DNA of 64,000 nucleotides, taken from Acidobacteriota bacterium (GTDB lineage Bacteria; Acidobacteriota; UBA890; WLXD01). The stretch's first letter is position 1, and each line of letters starts with the position of its first letter. Below, in pieces: positions 1 to 10,394 of the stretch. The notes under the pieces were generated by a model, which was not told the DNA's origin, searched no databases, and worked only from the letters and a program-made list of their open reading frames with translations. Location of the stretch: the NCBI GenBank assembly GCA_963666215.2, contig CAXWPL010000005.1, positions 576,001-640,000 of the forward strand, written 5' to 3'. A program made the position numbers and the translations under genes.

Positions 1-490
1 ACATCACGGCATAAAGAATCATCGGGATCGAGGGCGGAATGATCACAGCCAGCGTCGCCGACGACGACATCACGGCGGCAGCGAAGGCCCGCGTGTAGCC
101 CTTGCGCTCCATGGCCGGGATGAGAATCGAGCCCAGCGCCGCCACGTCGGCCACCGCCGAACCGGAGATTTCGGCGAAGAACAACGACGTGCCAATGGTC
201 ACCATCGCCAAGCCGCCGCGCAGAAAGCCGAAGAGCGCAGACGTGAGGGCAATCAACCGCCGTGAGATCCCCGTGGCGTTCATGATCGCCCCGGCCAGCA
301 CAAACAGTGGGATCGCGATGAGGGGGAACTTCGTGGCGCCATCAAAGAGCACGAGGGCAACATTGGGGATAACCGCGGGGCCCGAGGCCGCGATCATCGC
401 AACGGTGGCAACAACGCCGAGCGCGATGGCGATCGGGATATCGATGAAGATCAGCAGGAGCAGGCCACCGAGGAGCAGCAGGAGCGTCAT
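1..490 (-). CDS. dctM: TRAP transporter large permease (DctM family), runs off window start
   Basis: Manual translation from ATG 490 gives MTLLLLLGGLLLLIFIDIPIAIALG...AIPLFVLAGAIM...ISGSAVAD...IIPPSIPMILYAV. ATGA overlap with the upstream dctQ stop. Confidence 0.9.
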   Translation of the reverse strand, partial: MTLLLLLGGLLLLIFIDIPIAIALGVVATVAMIAASGPAVIPNVALVLFDGATKFPLIAIPLFVLAGAIMNATGISRRLIALTSALFGFLRGGLAMVTIGTSLFFAEISGSAVADVAALGSILIPAMERKGYTRAFAAAVMSSSATLAVIIPPSIPMILYAVM

Positions 491-1068
491 GGTCGGGGCC
501 CGTGTGTGGGTCCAGTCAAGGCGCCGACGTCGGCATGGCCGGCCAGCTCCTCGGGGGTCGTTCGAATCTCACGCAGATGATCGGGAAGCGCCGCGAGCTC
601 TGCCAGCACGAACAGCAAAGAACCGATAGGGATCACTGACTGGGCGAGCACCGCCGGCACCCACGGGAGGCTCGTCAGCCCGGTTCCGCGCAGCGCGGCG
701 AGCACTCGCAGTCCCGCCCATGCCGCCAGCAGGAAGAAACCGATAACGATCAGCTCGCGCAGGGCGAGCGCTACCCGCCGCTGCACCGGAGCGAGCCGGG
801 CGACGAGCGTCGGCATGCCGATGTGACGCCGATGCAGCGCAGCCAGCGCCGCGCCGTAGTAGGTCAGCCAGGCGAGCAGAATCGAGGCGACCTCGTCGTA
901 CCAGACGAGCGCCATGCCGGCCTTGCGGAAGACCACGGCGCTCACCACGAGAGCCGCGAGCGCGATCATCAGCCCAATGAGCACCGCCTCGAGAAATCGG
1001 GCGAGCAGGCCGCGAAGGCCGCGAAGGTCTGCCCGCGAGGCGCGGTCGGGGCGGCCACTCAGAGGCAA
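487..1068 (-). CDS. dctQ: TRAP transporter small permease (DctQ family)
   Basis: Four TM segments, W.DE.A..L..W...YGAALA...HI motif. Probable TTG start at 1068 next to AGGAG (start uncertain). Lies between dctP and dctM. Confidence 0.85.
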   Translation of the reverse strand: MPLSGRPDRASRADLRGLRGLLARFLEAVLIGLMIALAALVVSAVVFRKAGMALVWYDEVASILLAWLTYYGAALAALHRRHIGMPTLVARLAPVQRRVALALRELIVIGFFLLAAWAGLRVLAALRGTGLTSLPWVPAVLAQSVIPIGSLLFVLAELAALPDHLREIRTTPEELAGHADVGALTGPTHGPRP

Positions 1069-1072
1069 GCTC

Positions 1073-2080
1073 CTAGTTCGGAGTCGCGAGCGCGACGGCG
1101 CGCTCAACGAGCTGCTGCCCGCCACGAACTTCGCTGCCGAACTCGGCGTAGATCGGCTCCGCCGCGCTGATAAAAGCCTCCCGATCGACCTCATTGACCA
1201 GGATGCCGGCCCCACGCAGAGCGTCGAGAAGCTCGGCGTCGAGCCTCTCGCCGGTCTGCCGTGCGAAAACCGCCATGTCACGAGCCATGGCCGCAAGACG
1301 GTCGCGCAGCTCGGCATCGAGCTGCTGCCAGTGCGATGTGCCGGTGGTGAGGTACGCCGGTGTGTAGACGTGTCGGCTCAGCGACAGGTACTTCTGCACC
1401 TCTTGAAGGCGAAGGCCGTTGATTTGATGCAGTGGATTTTCCTGCCCGTCCATCACACCCGTCTGCAAGGCCACGAAGAGCTCTGAGAATGGCATCGGAG
1501 AGGGGTTGGCACCGTAGGCCTGGAACATTTTTAGCCGCCACACGCCGCTCGGAGTTCGCAACTTGATCCCCGCCAGGTCGGCCGGGGTGACGATGGGGCG
1601 CACGTTGTTGGTCAGGCTGCGGAAGCCGTTCTCCCACACGGCCAACACCGTGAACCCCTTGGCCGCGGCCGCCGGAGCCAAGGACTCCCAAAACACCTCG
1701 CTCTCGATGCGGCCCATGTGCTCGCGATCGCGCACCAGGTAAGGCATCTCGAAGAGACCAAACTCTTCCACCTGCGACGACATCACCGTCGACGGCAACG
1801 AGAAATCGAGCGTGCCCAGCTTGAGCTTCTGCAGCGCGATCTCGTCGCCACCGAGCTGGCTCGAGCCGAACACACGAAGCTCCACACGCCCGGCCAGCTC
1901 GTCATTAACGCGACGGGCGAACTCCTCTGCGGTCAGCGCAAACAGCGAGCCCGGGGCGCCGACGTGCGCCAGCTGCAGCGTCAGCGGGCCATCTGTCGTG
2001 TTTGAGGCGCAACCGAGCTGGAGGCACAGGGCGGCGATCAAGATGGTCACGCCAACGGCTGTGTGTCGAGTGCGCCGCAT
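1073..2080 (-). CDS. dctP: TRAP transporter substrate-binding protein (DctP family)
   Basis: SSQLGGD, ENGFR..TNN, G.KLRTP, PMPFSELF.ALQTGVMDGQENP motifs. Signal/lipobox-like N-terminus from ATG 2080. Confidence 0.92.
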   Translation of the reverse strand: MRRTRHTAVGVTILIAALCLQLGCASNTTDGPLTLQLAHVGAPGSLFALTAEEFARRVNDELAGRVELRVFGSSQLGGDEIALQKLKLGTLDFSLPSTVMSSQVEEFGLFEMPYLVRDREHMGRIESEVFWESLAPAAAAKGFTVLAVWENGFRSLTNNVRPIVTPADLAGIKLRTPSGVWRLKMFQAYGANPSPMPFSELFVALQTGVMDGQENPLHQINGLRLQEVQKYLSLSRHVYTPAYLTTGTSHWQQLDAELRDRLAAMARDMAVFARQTGERLDAELLDALRGAGILVNEVDREAFISAAEPIYAEFGSEVRGGQQLVERAVALATPN

Positions 2081-3309
2081 CACCGAATACGCTGGGGGTC
2101 GGCTCGGGGTCGGCTCGGGGCGGTCGGTGCGGTCGGTGCGGTCGACGCGAGCTCCTCGAGCGCCGCCGCCACGCCACCGCTCTGGTGCTCCACACCGGCC
2201 AGCCGCAGCCCCATCTCGATGCCACTCAGCACCCCCGCCAGCATCAGGTCGTTGATGTCGCCCAGGTGGCCGATGCGGAAGACCTGGCCCTGAAGCTTTC
2301 CCAGGCCGGTGCCGAGCGACAGATCGAAGTTGTCGAGGATCACGGCACGGAGATCGTCGGCGTCCACTCCTCCAGGCACGGCCACCGCGGTCACCGAGGA
2401 GCTGTACGCGTTGGGGTCGGAACAGAACACTCGTAGGCCCCAGGCTTGCACCGCGGCGCGTGTCGCCGCAGCCAGTCGGGAGTGCCGAGCAAAGACCGCG
2501 TACAGGCCCTCCTCGAACAGCATCGCCAGCGCCTCCTCGAGCCCGAACAGCAGGTTGGTTGCCGGGGTGTACGGAAAGAAGCCAGATTGGTTCTGCGTGC
2601 GCATCGCGACCCAGTCCCAGTAGGCATTCGGCAGGCTGGCGTTGTCGTGCGCCCGCAGCGCCTTGGGGCTGATCGAGTTGAATGCCAGCCCAGGAGGCAA
2701 CATCAGGCCCTTCTGCGAGCCGCACACGATGACGTCGACACCCCATTCCACCTGCTCGAGCGGCATCGAACCCAGCGAAGATACGGCGTCGACCATCAGC
2801 AAGGCGTCGTGGTTGGCAGCGTCGAGCGCCGCGCGAATCGCCGGAATGTCCGTGGTCACGCCGGTCGTTGTCTCGTTGTGCACGATCATCAGCGACTTGT
2901 AGGGCTCGGCGCCGTTATCGTAGCGCAGCTGCTGCTCCACGGCGTCGGCAGACACCGGCAGGCTCCAGTCGTGCTCAACCAGGTCGACCTCGAGGCCGAA
3001 CGCGCTGGCCGTTCTACGCCAACCCTGGGCGAAGAAACCCTGGTCGAACATGAGGACGCGGTCGCCCGGACGCATCGTGTTGGAGATCGAGGCCTCCCAG
3101 CCGCCGCTTCCGGAGGCCGGGTAAATGATGACGTCGCCGTCAGGGTTGCCGAAGGCGTCGCGAAGTCCGGTCAGAAGGCGCCCTGTCAGCTCGGCGAACT
3201 GCGGGCCTCGGTGGTCGATCGTCGGGCGCGACATCGCGCGCAACACACGATCGGGCACGTTGGTTGGACCGGGAACGTGCAGAAAATGTCGCCCGCTGCG
3301 GAAGCTCAC
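2080..3309 (-). CDS. Class V PLP aminotransferase (serine-glyoxylate/alanine-glyoxylate type)
   Basis: GRHFLHVPGPTNVP, HNETTTGV, VDAVSS, GSQKGLMLPPG (PLP Lys), FRIGHLG. Confidence 0.9.
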   Translation of the reverse strand: MSFRSGRHFLHVPGPTNVPDRVLRAMSRPTIDHRGPQFAELTGRLLTGLRDAFGNPDGDVIIYPASGSGGWEASISNTMRPGDRVLMFDQGFFAQGWRRTASAFGLEVDLVEHDWSLPVSADAVEQQLRYDNGAEPYKSLMIVHNETTTGVTTDIPAIRAALDAANHDALLMVDAVSSLGSMPLEQVEWGVDVIVCGSQKGLMLPPGLAFNSISPKALRAHDNASLPNAYWDWVAMRTQNQSGFFPYTPATNLLFGLEEALAMLFEEGLYAVFARHSRLAAATRAAVQAWGLRVFCSDPNAYSSSVTAVAVPGGVDADDLRAVILDNFDLSLGTGLGKLQGQVFRIGHLGDINDLMLAGVLSGIEMGLRLAGVEHQSGGVAAALEELASTAPTAPTAPSRPRADPQRIR

Positions 3310-3425
3310 GATCGAATTCCTGTCATGACGTAGCTCTGGCTGTCGCCAGGGTGACCCCGAGTGCGCCGAGTCGGTCGAGCTCGGCCAGGCATGCCACCGG
3401 CGCGGGGCAGCGTAACATCCCGGGC

Positions 3426-6400
3426 ATGGGCACTCTGCGGAACCGAATCGGCGACAGCCAGCTGGCCTCTCGGCTACGCCGCGAGCTCGAAGATGGCGTC
3501 CAGGTTCTATTCGACGACTTCAGCCGCGGGCGCTACAGCACCGACGCGTCGATCTATCAGATCGAGCCCATCGGCGTGCTGGTGCCGCGCTCGGTCACGG
3601 ACGTGAAACGGGCGATCGAGATCGCCGCCGACGAGGGTGTGCCGGTGCTGCCGCGCGGCGCGGGCACGTCGCAAGCCGGTCAAGCGATCGGCGAGGCGCT
3701 CATCCTCGACACGCGCAAGCACCTGCGCGGAATCGGTGAGCTCGATGTCGAGGCTCGAACGATCGAGGTCGAGCCGGGTGTCGTGCTCGACGACCTCAAC
3801 CGGCACCTCGCACCGCACGGCCTCTTCTTCCCCGTAGACGTCGCAACATCGAGTCGCGCGACTCTCGGGGGCATGGCCGGCAACAACAGCGCCGGGGCGC
3901 GATCGCTGCGCTACGGGCTGATGGTCGACAACGTGCTCGCAATCGAGGCGCTGATGGCCGACGGCTCGCCGCGGTTCTTTGGTGACGACCCCGGTGATCG
4001 CGCGCCCTCCGACGCACCGGGCACCGACAGCACCCCGGCCGCTCTGCGCCAGCGGCTTCAAGAGATCTACGCGGGAGTCGCCGACGAGCTGGCCGAGCGC
4101 CGTCCGCGGGTTCTTCGGCACGTGGCCGGCTACAACCTCGACCGTCTCGCCAATCTGTCTCAGCTGCTCGTTGGCTCGGAAGGGACGCTGGCGTTCTTCA
4201 CCAAGCTGCGCCTGCAACTGCAGCCTGTGCCACGACACCGGGCCCTCGGGATCTGCCACTTCGGCTCGTTTGCGGCCGCCATGAACGCGGTACAACACAT
4301 CGTCGCCGGCGGCGGCGAGTCGCTGTCGGCAGTGGAGCTCATCGATCGCAAGGTCATCGAGCTGGCGCGCGACAATCCAGGCTTCGTGGATTCCGTCGAC
4401 AGCTTCGTCCGTGGCGACCCGGCTGCGCTGCTGGTTGTCGAGTACGCGGGTGACACCGCCGACGGACGCGTGCGCGACCTCGACCGGCTCGAGCAGCTGT
4501 TGGCCGATCACGGCCACAACAAACCCGACAGCGTCGTCCGAGCGATCGAGCCCGCGGCACAAGCCACCGTGTGGCGCACGCGCAAGGCGGCCATGAGCGT
4601 TGTGATGTCGATGAAGGGCCCGGCCAAGCCGATCTCGTTCATCGAAGATTGCGCGGTGCCGCTGCAGCACCTCGAGGAGTACACCCGCGAGATCGACAGG
4701 GTGTTTGAAAGGCACGGTGCCGAAGCGACCTGGTACGCCCACGCTTCGGTGGGGTGCCTGCACGTTCGACCCGCGCTCGACCTTCGCGTGCCGGAGGGAA
4801 TTGCACGCATGCGAGCGATTGCCGAAGAGGCTCACGCGCTGGTGCGGCGCCTCGGGGGCTCACATTCCGGTGAGCATGGCGACGGCATCGTGCGCTCGGA
4901 ATTCCTCGAGCCCATGCTCGGCGAGCGCACGGTTGCCGCGTTCCGCGACGTCAAGATCGCCTTCGACCCGGGGAATCTCTTCAATCCCGGCAAGATCGTC
5001 GATCCACCGCGAATGGACGACCGTTCGCTGCTTCGATTCGCCCCGGGAGCCCAACCCTTACCTTTCGAGACGGCTCTCGACTGGTCGCCCTGGGACATCG
5101 AAACTGCAAGCTCGGCAGGGTCGGTCGATTCCGGATCCGAGGGATCGGCCGCGAGCTCGGCCGGTGACGCCCGCACGAGCTCGGGCTCCGGGCTCCGTGG
5201 CGCCGCCGAGATGTGCAACAACAACGGCGCCTGCCTCAAGAACGACCCCGGCGTGATGTGTCCGTCGTACCGCATCAGTCTCGATGAGGAGCACAGCACC
5301 CGGGGCCGCGCCAACGCGTTGCGGCTGGCGTTGGCCGGCCGCCTGGGAGCGAAGCGCTGACATCTCGATCGATGCACGACAGCCTCGACCTCTGCGTTGG
5401 CTGCAAGGCTTGCCGGAGCGAGTGCCCGACGGGCGTCGACATGGCGCGCATGAAGATCGAGTTGCTCGCCGCCTACCGCCGCCAGCACGGAATCGGCCTG
5501 CGCGATCGCCTCTTCGCTCACCTGCCACGGCTGGCGCCGTACGCCGCACAGGCACCGCGCTTGGTCAATGCGCTGCCTCGACTGCTACCCGCCAGCGTCA
5601 TCAAGCTCATCGGACTCGCTCCCGATCGGCGGCTGCCCGCTTGGCAGCCCGCATTTGACGGCGAGTCACGCGCCTCTCTGGGCTCTGAAAACCGGCGGCC
5701 CGATGCCTCCGCTGTCGGTCCAGGCCGAACGACCCACGGGGCGCGGGCCACCGGCACCAGGGACGTAGTGCTCCTGCCCGACACCTTCAACACCAACTTC
5801 GAGCCCGCCAATCTCGAGGCGGCGATCGACGTGCTCGAAGCCTGCGGCTACCGAGTGGTGCTGCCGCGGGCGCGCGGCCGAGCGCTGTGCTGCGGCCGAA
5901 CCTATCTGAGCGCGGGGCTCATCGACGACGCTCGCGAGGAAGCGCAGAGAACCGTGGAAGAGCTGCGGCACTGGGTCAGCTCGGGAACCCCGATCGTCGG
6001 CATCGAGCCATCGTGCCTGCTGACGCTGCGCGACGAGGTCCCGGCTCTGCTGAAATCGGAGCCGGCACGGGAGCTGGGCCGCGCGGCTGTTTTGTTGGAA
6101 GAGCTGCTCGACCGCGAGCTTGGCGGAGGGATGCTCGAGCTTGATCTACGGCCCATACAGGCAAGCCGCGCGCTGGTTCACGGCCACTGCCACCGCAAGG
6201 CCTTCGGCGCCCTGCAGCCGCTGCTCACCGTGCTGTCGCGCATCCCCGAGCTCGACGTGCAACCCATCGCGTCGAGCTGCTGTGGCATGGCCGGCTCGTT
6301 CGGCTACGAAGCCGAACACTACGAGGCCTCGCGTGCGATGGCGGAGTTGACCCTGATCCCGGCAGTTCGGGCGGCGGCGGCAGACACCTGCATCGTCGCC

Positions 6401-6490
6401 GACGGGACCAGCTGTCGACATCAAATCCGCGACCTCGCCGGGCGCGAGGCTGTTCATCCGGTGCAGTTGCTGCATCGCGCACTCGGCTAG
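3426..6490 (+). pseudogene. FAD-linked/Fe-S oxidoreductase (GlcD-GlcF fusion type), split by a 1-nt frameshift near 5350
   Basis: PRGAGTSQAGQ, SGEHGDG, CNNNGAC, MCPSY, then in another frame EALTSRSMHDSLDLCVGCKACRSECP, CCGR, HCH, CCGMAGSFGY. One added base near 5349-5351 restores a single ORF. Could be a sequencing error. Confidence 0.8.
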
Positions 6491-6544
6491 CCACAGCCGC
6501 GCTCCCGCGGAAAAACTTCCGGGAGAGACCTTTGCTCGACTAGA

Positions 6545-7587
6545 TGTGAGTTCTAGGTAGGTTGTTCACGAACTCACCCCTGAGAGCCGAGCGATCGGCG
6601 GTGTCATGCCGATGCCGGCGTGGGGACGGTGACGATTGTAGTGGTTGAGCCAGGGCCGTAGAGCTCGAGTACGTCGAGCTGAGGTCTGGTAGCAGGTGCC
6701 GTAGGCCCACTGCTCCTTGAGTGTGCGGATGAAGCGTTCGGCTTTGCCGTTGGTTCTGGGGGTGTAGGGCCGGGTGTAAATGTGCCGGATCTCGAGTTGA
6801 TGGCATAGGCGATTGAAGCGCTTCGAGACGTAGCCAGGCCCGTTGTCTGTCATCACTCGGCGCACCGCTACTCCCATCGAAGCGAAGTGCTCGACGGCTC
6901 GCTGCAGGAACGCTGTGCAGGTGTGTTGGTCTTCGGCGGGCAGCACTTCGACGTACGCCACCCGAGAGTGATCGTCGATAGCGACGTGGGCGTTCTCCCA
7001 GCCGACGCCGTAGGCCCGCTTGGAGCGGTCGCCGTGGATGCGGTGTCCAGGTCGCCGGATACGGGCCAGTTTCTTCGTATCCAGGTGCAGTAGGTCACCG
7101 GGGTGCTCGTACTCGTAGCGAACGATCTCGGGCTTGGGCTCGAGCGCATCAAGCTTGGCGAGTCCGAGCCGCTTCAGCCACGCCGAGACGGTCGAGCGCG
7201 GCACAGCCAACCTTCGGCTGATCTGCCAGGCCGTCAGTCGCCGCCGACGTAGCTTGTCGATCTGCCTCACAACTCCAGCGCTTGTTGCGTGCGGACAGCA
7301 CGTCGGCCGGCTTGATCGATCGAGCAGCCCGGCCTCACCTTCTCGCTCGTATCTATCCAGCCACTTGTAAACCGTTCGAGCCGACACGCCGAGCGCCGCC
7401 GCCGTTTCCGTCACGGGCTCCGCCCGCTCCCGGACTCGGCGGACCATCTCTCGGCGTATATACGGCGTCGTGCGGGCGTTACCATGCAGCTGCATCGGGC
7501 GCTCCTTCTGAGGTCGTGGAGTCTTTTGAACAACCCCATTGATCTCAGAAGTGAGCCCCGATGTGAACAACCTACTTAGAAAACACA
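6545..7587 (-). mobile_element. IS481-family insertion sequence
   Basis: 25-bp terminal IRs TGTGAGTTCTAGGTAGGTTGTTCAC (6545-6569) and revcomp TGTGTTTTCTAAGTAGGTTGTTCAC (7563-7587), 22/25 identical, TGT ends. Flanks ACTAGA/CCTAGA match the NCTAGN target. Confidence 0.93.
6566..7495 (-). CDS. IS481-family transposase
   Basis: MQLHGNARTT N-terminus. LHLDTKK, AIDDHSR, TDNG, TNGKAERF DDE motifs. AAGGAG RBS before ATG 7495. Confidence 0.95.
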   Translation of the reverse strand: MQLHGNARTTPYIRREMVRRVRERAEPVTETAAALGVSARTVYKWLDRYEREGEAGLLDRSSRPTCCPHATSAGVVRQIDKLRRRRLTAWQISRRLAVPRSTVSAWLKRLGLAKLDALEPKPEIVRYEYEHPGDLLHLDTKKLARIRRPGHRIHGDRSKRAYGVGWENAHVAIDDHSRVAYVEVLPAEDQHTCTAFLQRAVEHFASMGVAVRRVMTDNGPGYVSKRFNRLCHQLEIRHIYTRPYTPRTNGKAERFIRTLKEQWAYGTCYQTSARRTRALRPWLNHYNRHRPHAGIGMTPPIARLSGVSS

Positions 7588-7588
7588 C

Positions 7589-9550
7589 CTAGAGCGGAGA
7601 GCCCACCGATTGCGCCGGCTGCTCGACCTCGGTACCCAGGAAGCGCAAGACGGCGAAGAGAACACCGGCTCCGGCCAGGAGCGCGATCCACCACGGCACG
7701 CCGAAGCCGGCCGGTAACGATCCGAGCAGCACCGCAACCACGCCCACCAACAGAGCGTAGGGCAGCTGTGTGCGTACGTGATCGACGTGATCGCACCCCG
7801 ACGCCATCGACGACAGGATCGTCGTATCGGAAATCGGCGAGCAGTGATCTCCGAGAACCGCCCCGGCAAGCACGCAGGAAACCGTCGAGTACAGGATGTG
7901 GAAATGCTGCGGCTGCGCCATGCCGTTGGTTTGCAGCACCGCCCAAACCAGCGGCACCACCAGGGGCATCAAGATGCCCATGGTCCCCCAGCTCGAACCC
8001 GTGGCGAAGGCCGTGAGCCCGGCGAGCACGAAGACGATGGAAGGCACGAGTCCCGGGACTAACGAATCGCCGAGCACGGAAACCAGGTAGTCGGCGGTGT
8101 GGAGAACGCCCGACACCGACGACAGCGACCAGGCCAGCACCAGGATGATCATCGCGTAGAACATCGAGCGCGCGCCGGCGTACCAGGCGTCCATGGTTTC
8201 GCTGAGCGTCAGGATTCGCTGCAGACCCGACAGGACAGCAGCCGTTACCGCTCCAAGCAACGATGCCCAGAGCAACGCGGTGTACGAATCCGTGCTGGCG
8301 ACGATGTCACGCAGAGTGTCGCCCTCGCCCGTGACGTAGATACCGCTGAGCACACCAACGATGAGCACAGCGATCGGCAGGACGGCGTTGATGGCACGGT
8401 GCGGCTTGTCGGTCTTGGGATCGAGCTCGCGAGCGTCGGCCGCGCGCTCATCGACGTTGGCGTTTTCGGCCATCACCTGCCCGGTGGTGCGTGCTCGGGT
8501 CTCGGCGGCCAGCATGGGTCCGAAGTCGCGCCCGGTGTTGGCCACTGCAAGCACGAAAAACATCGTCAGCAGAGGGTAGAAGCTGTACGGAATCGAGCTC
8601 AGGAACACCGAATAAGCCGCCATATCGAGCTCGGCGATCTGGCCGATCGCCGCGTCGATCAGGCCGACTTCGTAACCGATCCAGGTCGTGACGAGCGCCA
8701 CGCAGGACACCGGCGCCGCGGTCGAGTCGACGATATAAGCGAGCTTCTCGCGCGATATACGCAGCCTGTCGGTGACCTGCCGCATGGTATTGCCAACCAC
8801 CAGCGTGTTGGCGTAGTCGTCGAAGAAAATCGCCAAGCCCAGCAACGCGGTGGTGGTTTGTCCACGGCGCGGGCTTGTTGCCCATTTCACCATGTGATCA
8901 ACAACGCCCTGCATGCCGCCGTTCTTCGTAATGATCCCGACCATGCCCCCGATCATGAAGGAGAAGAGAATGATCGCCGCGTGGTCGGGATCGGCAAGCG
9001 CCTCGACGACATACACCTGAAACGCCTCGAGCAGCCCCACAAAGATCCCGGTCGGTCCGAAGCCGATCACCGCGACCGAACCAAAGAAAAGCCCGAAGAA
9101 CAGCGCCGGGATGACCTGCCGGAACACCAGCGCGGCGACAATCGCGATGATCGGCGGCACCACCGAGACCCACGCTGGAATCAATCGCGTGGTAGCGCTC
9201 GCCAGCGAGGCCCCTGTATCCGTGAGCTCCAGGACCACCGAGCCCGTTGAGGCGCTCTCGACCCGGGCAACGAGCCCGCCGTCATCGTCTGCCACCACCG
9301 GAAAGCTGCGACCGTCCACGCGGACGCTCAGCGGTATCGCGATGCCCGCCTCGGGAACCTCGACGCCGACGGTGAAAGGAGTGCCGCGCAGCACAACCCG
9401 AGGTGCGTCGAGCGAATACTCCTGAGCCGCGCCAGCAGTTGCGGGCAAAGCCAAGGCCACGAGGGCGAGCGTCGCGGACACGAGCACGGACGTTCTCGAG
9501 GCTGCTTCTGACACGGCAAACCCGGCGAAGACCTTGCGGATGCGAAACAA
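7589..9550 (-). CDS. Na+/H+ antiporter NhaC-family membrane protein with N-terminal extracytoplasmic domain
   Basis: IFFDDYAN, SREKLAYIVDSTAAP, GSSWGTM, GDHCSPISDTTILSS, HVRTQLPYA. Confidence 0.88.
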   Translation of the reverse strand: MFRIRKVFAGFAVSEAASRTSVLVSATLALVALALPATAGAAQEYSLDAPRVVLRGTPFTVGVEVPEAGIAIPLSVRVDGRSFPVVADDDGGLVARVESASTGSVVLELTDTGASLASATTRLIPAWVSVVPPIIAIVAALVFRQVIPALFFGLFFGSVAVIGFGPTGIFVGLLEAFQVYVVEALADPDHAAIILFSFMIGGMVGIITKNGGMQGVVDHMVKWATSPRRGQTTTALLGLAIFFDDYANTLVVGNTMRQVTDRLRISREKLAYIVDSTAAPVSCVALVTTWIGYEVGLIDAAIGQIAELDMAAYSVFLSSIPYSFYPLLTMFFVLAVANTGRDFGPMLAAETRARTTGQVMAENANVDERAADARELDPKTDKPHRAINAVLPIAVLIVGVLSGIYVTGEGDTLRDIVASTDSYTALLWASLLGAVTAAVLSGLQRILTLSETMDAWYAGARSMFYAMIILVLAWSLSSVSGVLHTADYLVSVLGDSLVPGLVPSIVFVLAGLTAFATGSSWGTMGILMPLVVPLVWAVLQTNGMAQPQHFHILYSTVSCVLAGAVLGDHCSPISDTTILSSMASGCDHVDHVRTQLPYALLVGVVAVLLGSLPAGFGVPWWIALLAGAGVLFAVLRFLGTEVEQPAQSVGSPL

Positions 9551-9612
9551 ATCGTCCGCCGACTATATTCGCCGCACCCCGCCCTGCGCTAACCGAGCGC
9601 TACCCGGACTCG

Positions 9613-10218
9613 CTAGAAGCTGAAGACCAGCCCGGCCGAAACCTCGAGATTGTGCAGCCTGATGTCCTCTTCGATGAACAATAGCTCGGCGAATTCCGGC
9701 ACCATATCAGCGATATTCAGCGGCGTGATGTGGTCGCGCACGTCGATCCGCAGCCCCAGCGTACCCACCCCGAACTTCACTCCAGCGCCATAGTTGTAGC
9801 CTACGGTCCGATAGGGCGAGATGCCGGCGAGCTCGAGATCGATCTGATGAATACCGATCCCCGCGGTAATGAACGGCGAGACCGGCCCCGGAAACATCTG
9901 GATGAGAGCGTTGGCCTCGGCGTAGACCACCTTGGCGTTGAAGGCCAACGGCGTGTCGGGAAAGAGCGACGTGGGCGAGTAGACGAGGCTGCCCTCGACA
10001 TTGAGTGGAAACGCCGGCAGGCTCAATCGCGCTCCGTAGAAGGTGGCGTTGGCGAACTCGCCGGAGCCGACCTCGGGGACGAACGGCACCCGATCGATGA
10101 AGCGGTCGCCGATGAAGCGACCGAGCACAACTGTCACTTCCTGTGCGTGAGCGGCGGGAGCCAACCACAAAATCGTGGCGATGGCTGCCAGGATGACGGG
10201 TCGAGCGTAACTACGCAT
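9613..10218 (-). CDS. Outer-membrane beta-barrel protein
   Basis: Signal peptide ending AHA-Q, amphipathic strands (SPFITAGIG, YNYGAGVKF), C-terminal Phe. Confidence 0.75.
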   Translation of the reverse strand: MRSYARPVILAAIATILWLAPAAHAQEVTVVLGRFIGDRFIDRVPFVPEVGSGEFANATFYGARLSLPAFPLNVEGSLVYSPTSLFPDTPLAFNAKVVYAEANALIQMFPGPVSPFITAGIGIHQIDLELAGISPYRTVGYNYGAGVKFGVGTLGLRIDVRDHITPLNIADMVPEFAELLFIEEDIRLHNLEVSAGLVFSF

Positions 10219-10394
10219 GGTGTGTCCTCGTCTGTTCGCCTTTGACGAACGCTCATTACGAGTGGACCAGAGGGATCCTGGCGTGCGCCCGACGGTCAGC
10301 GGCGGCCGCTAGTGCTGCTATTGTGGACAACCGCAGGCCTTTCGCGCTATCCCTTTCTCGTGCCTACCGCGAACTACTCGGAGTCGTAGCCGTT

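Noticed and set aside
2095-2145. Short tandem repeats GGTCGGCTCGG / GCGGTCGGT
   Set aside because: They encode a low-complexity APTAPTAPS tail of the aminotransferase.
5358-5360. TGA in the oxidoreductase as possible selenocysteine
   Set aside because: The downstream ORF is in a different frame and the position is not a Cys site.
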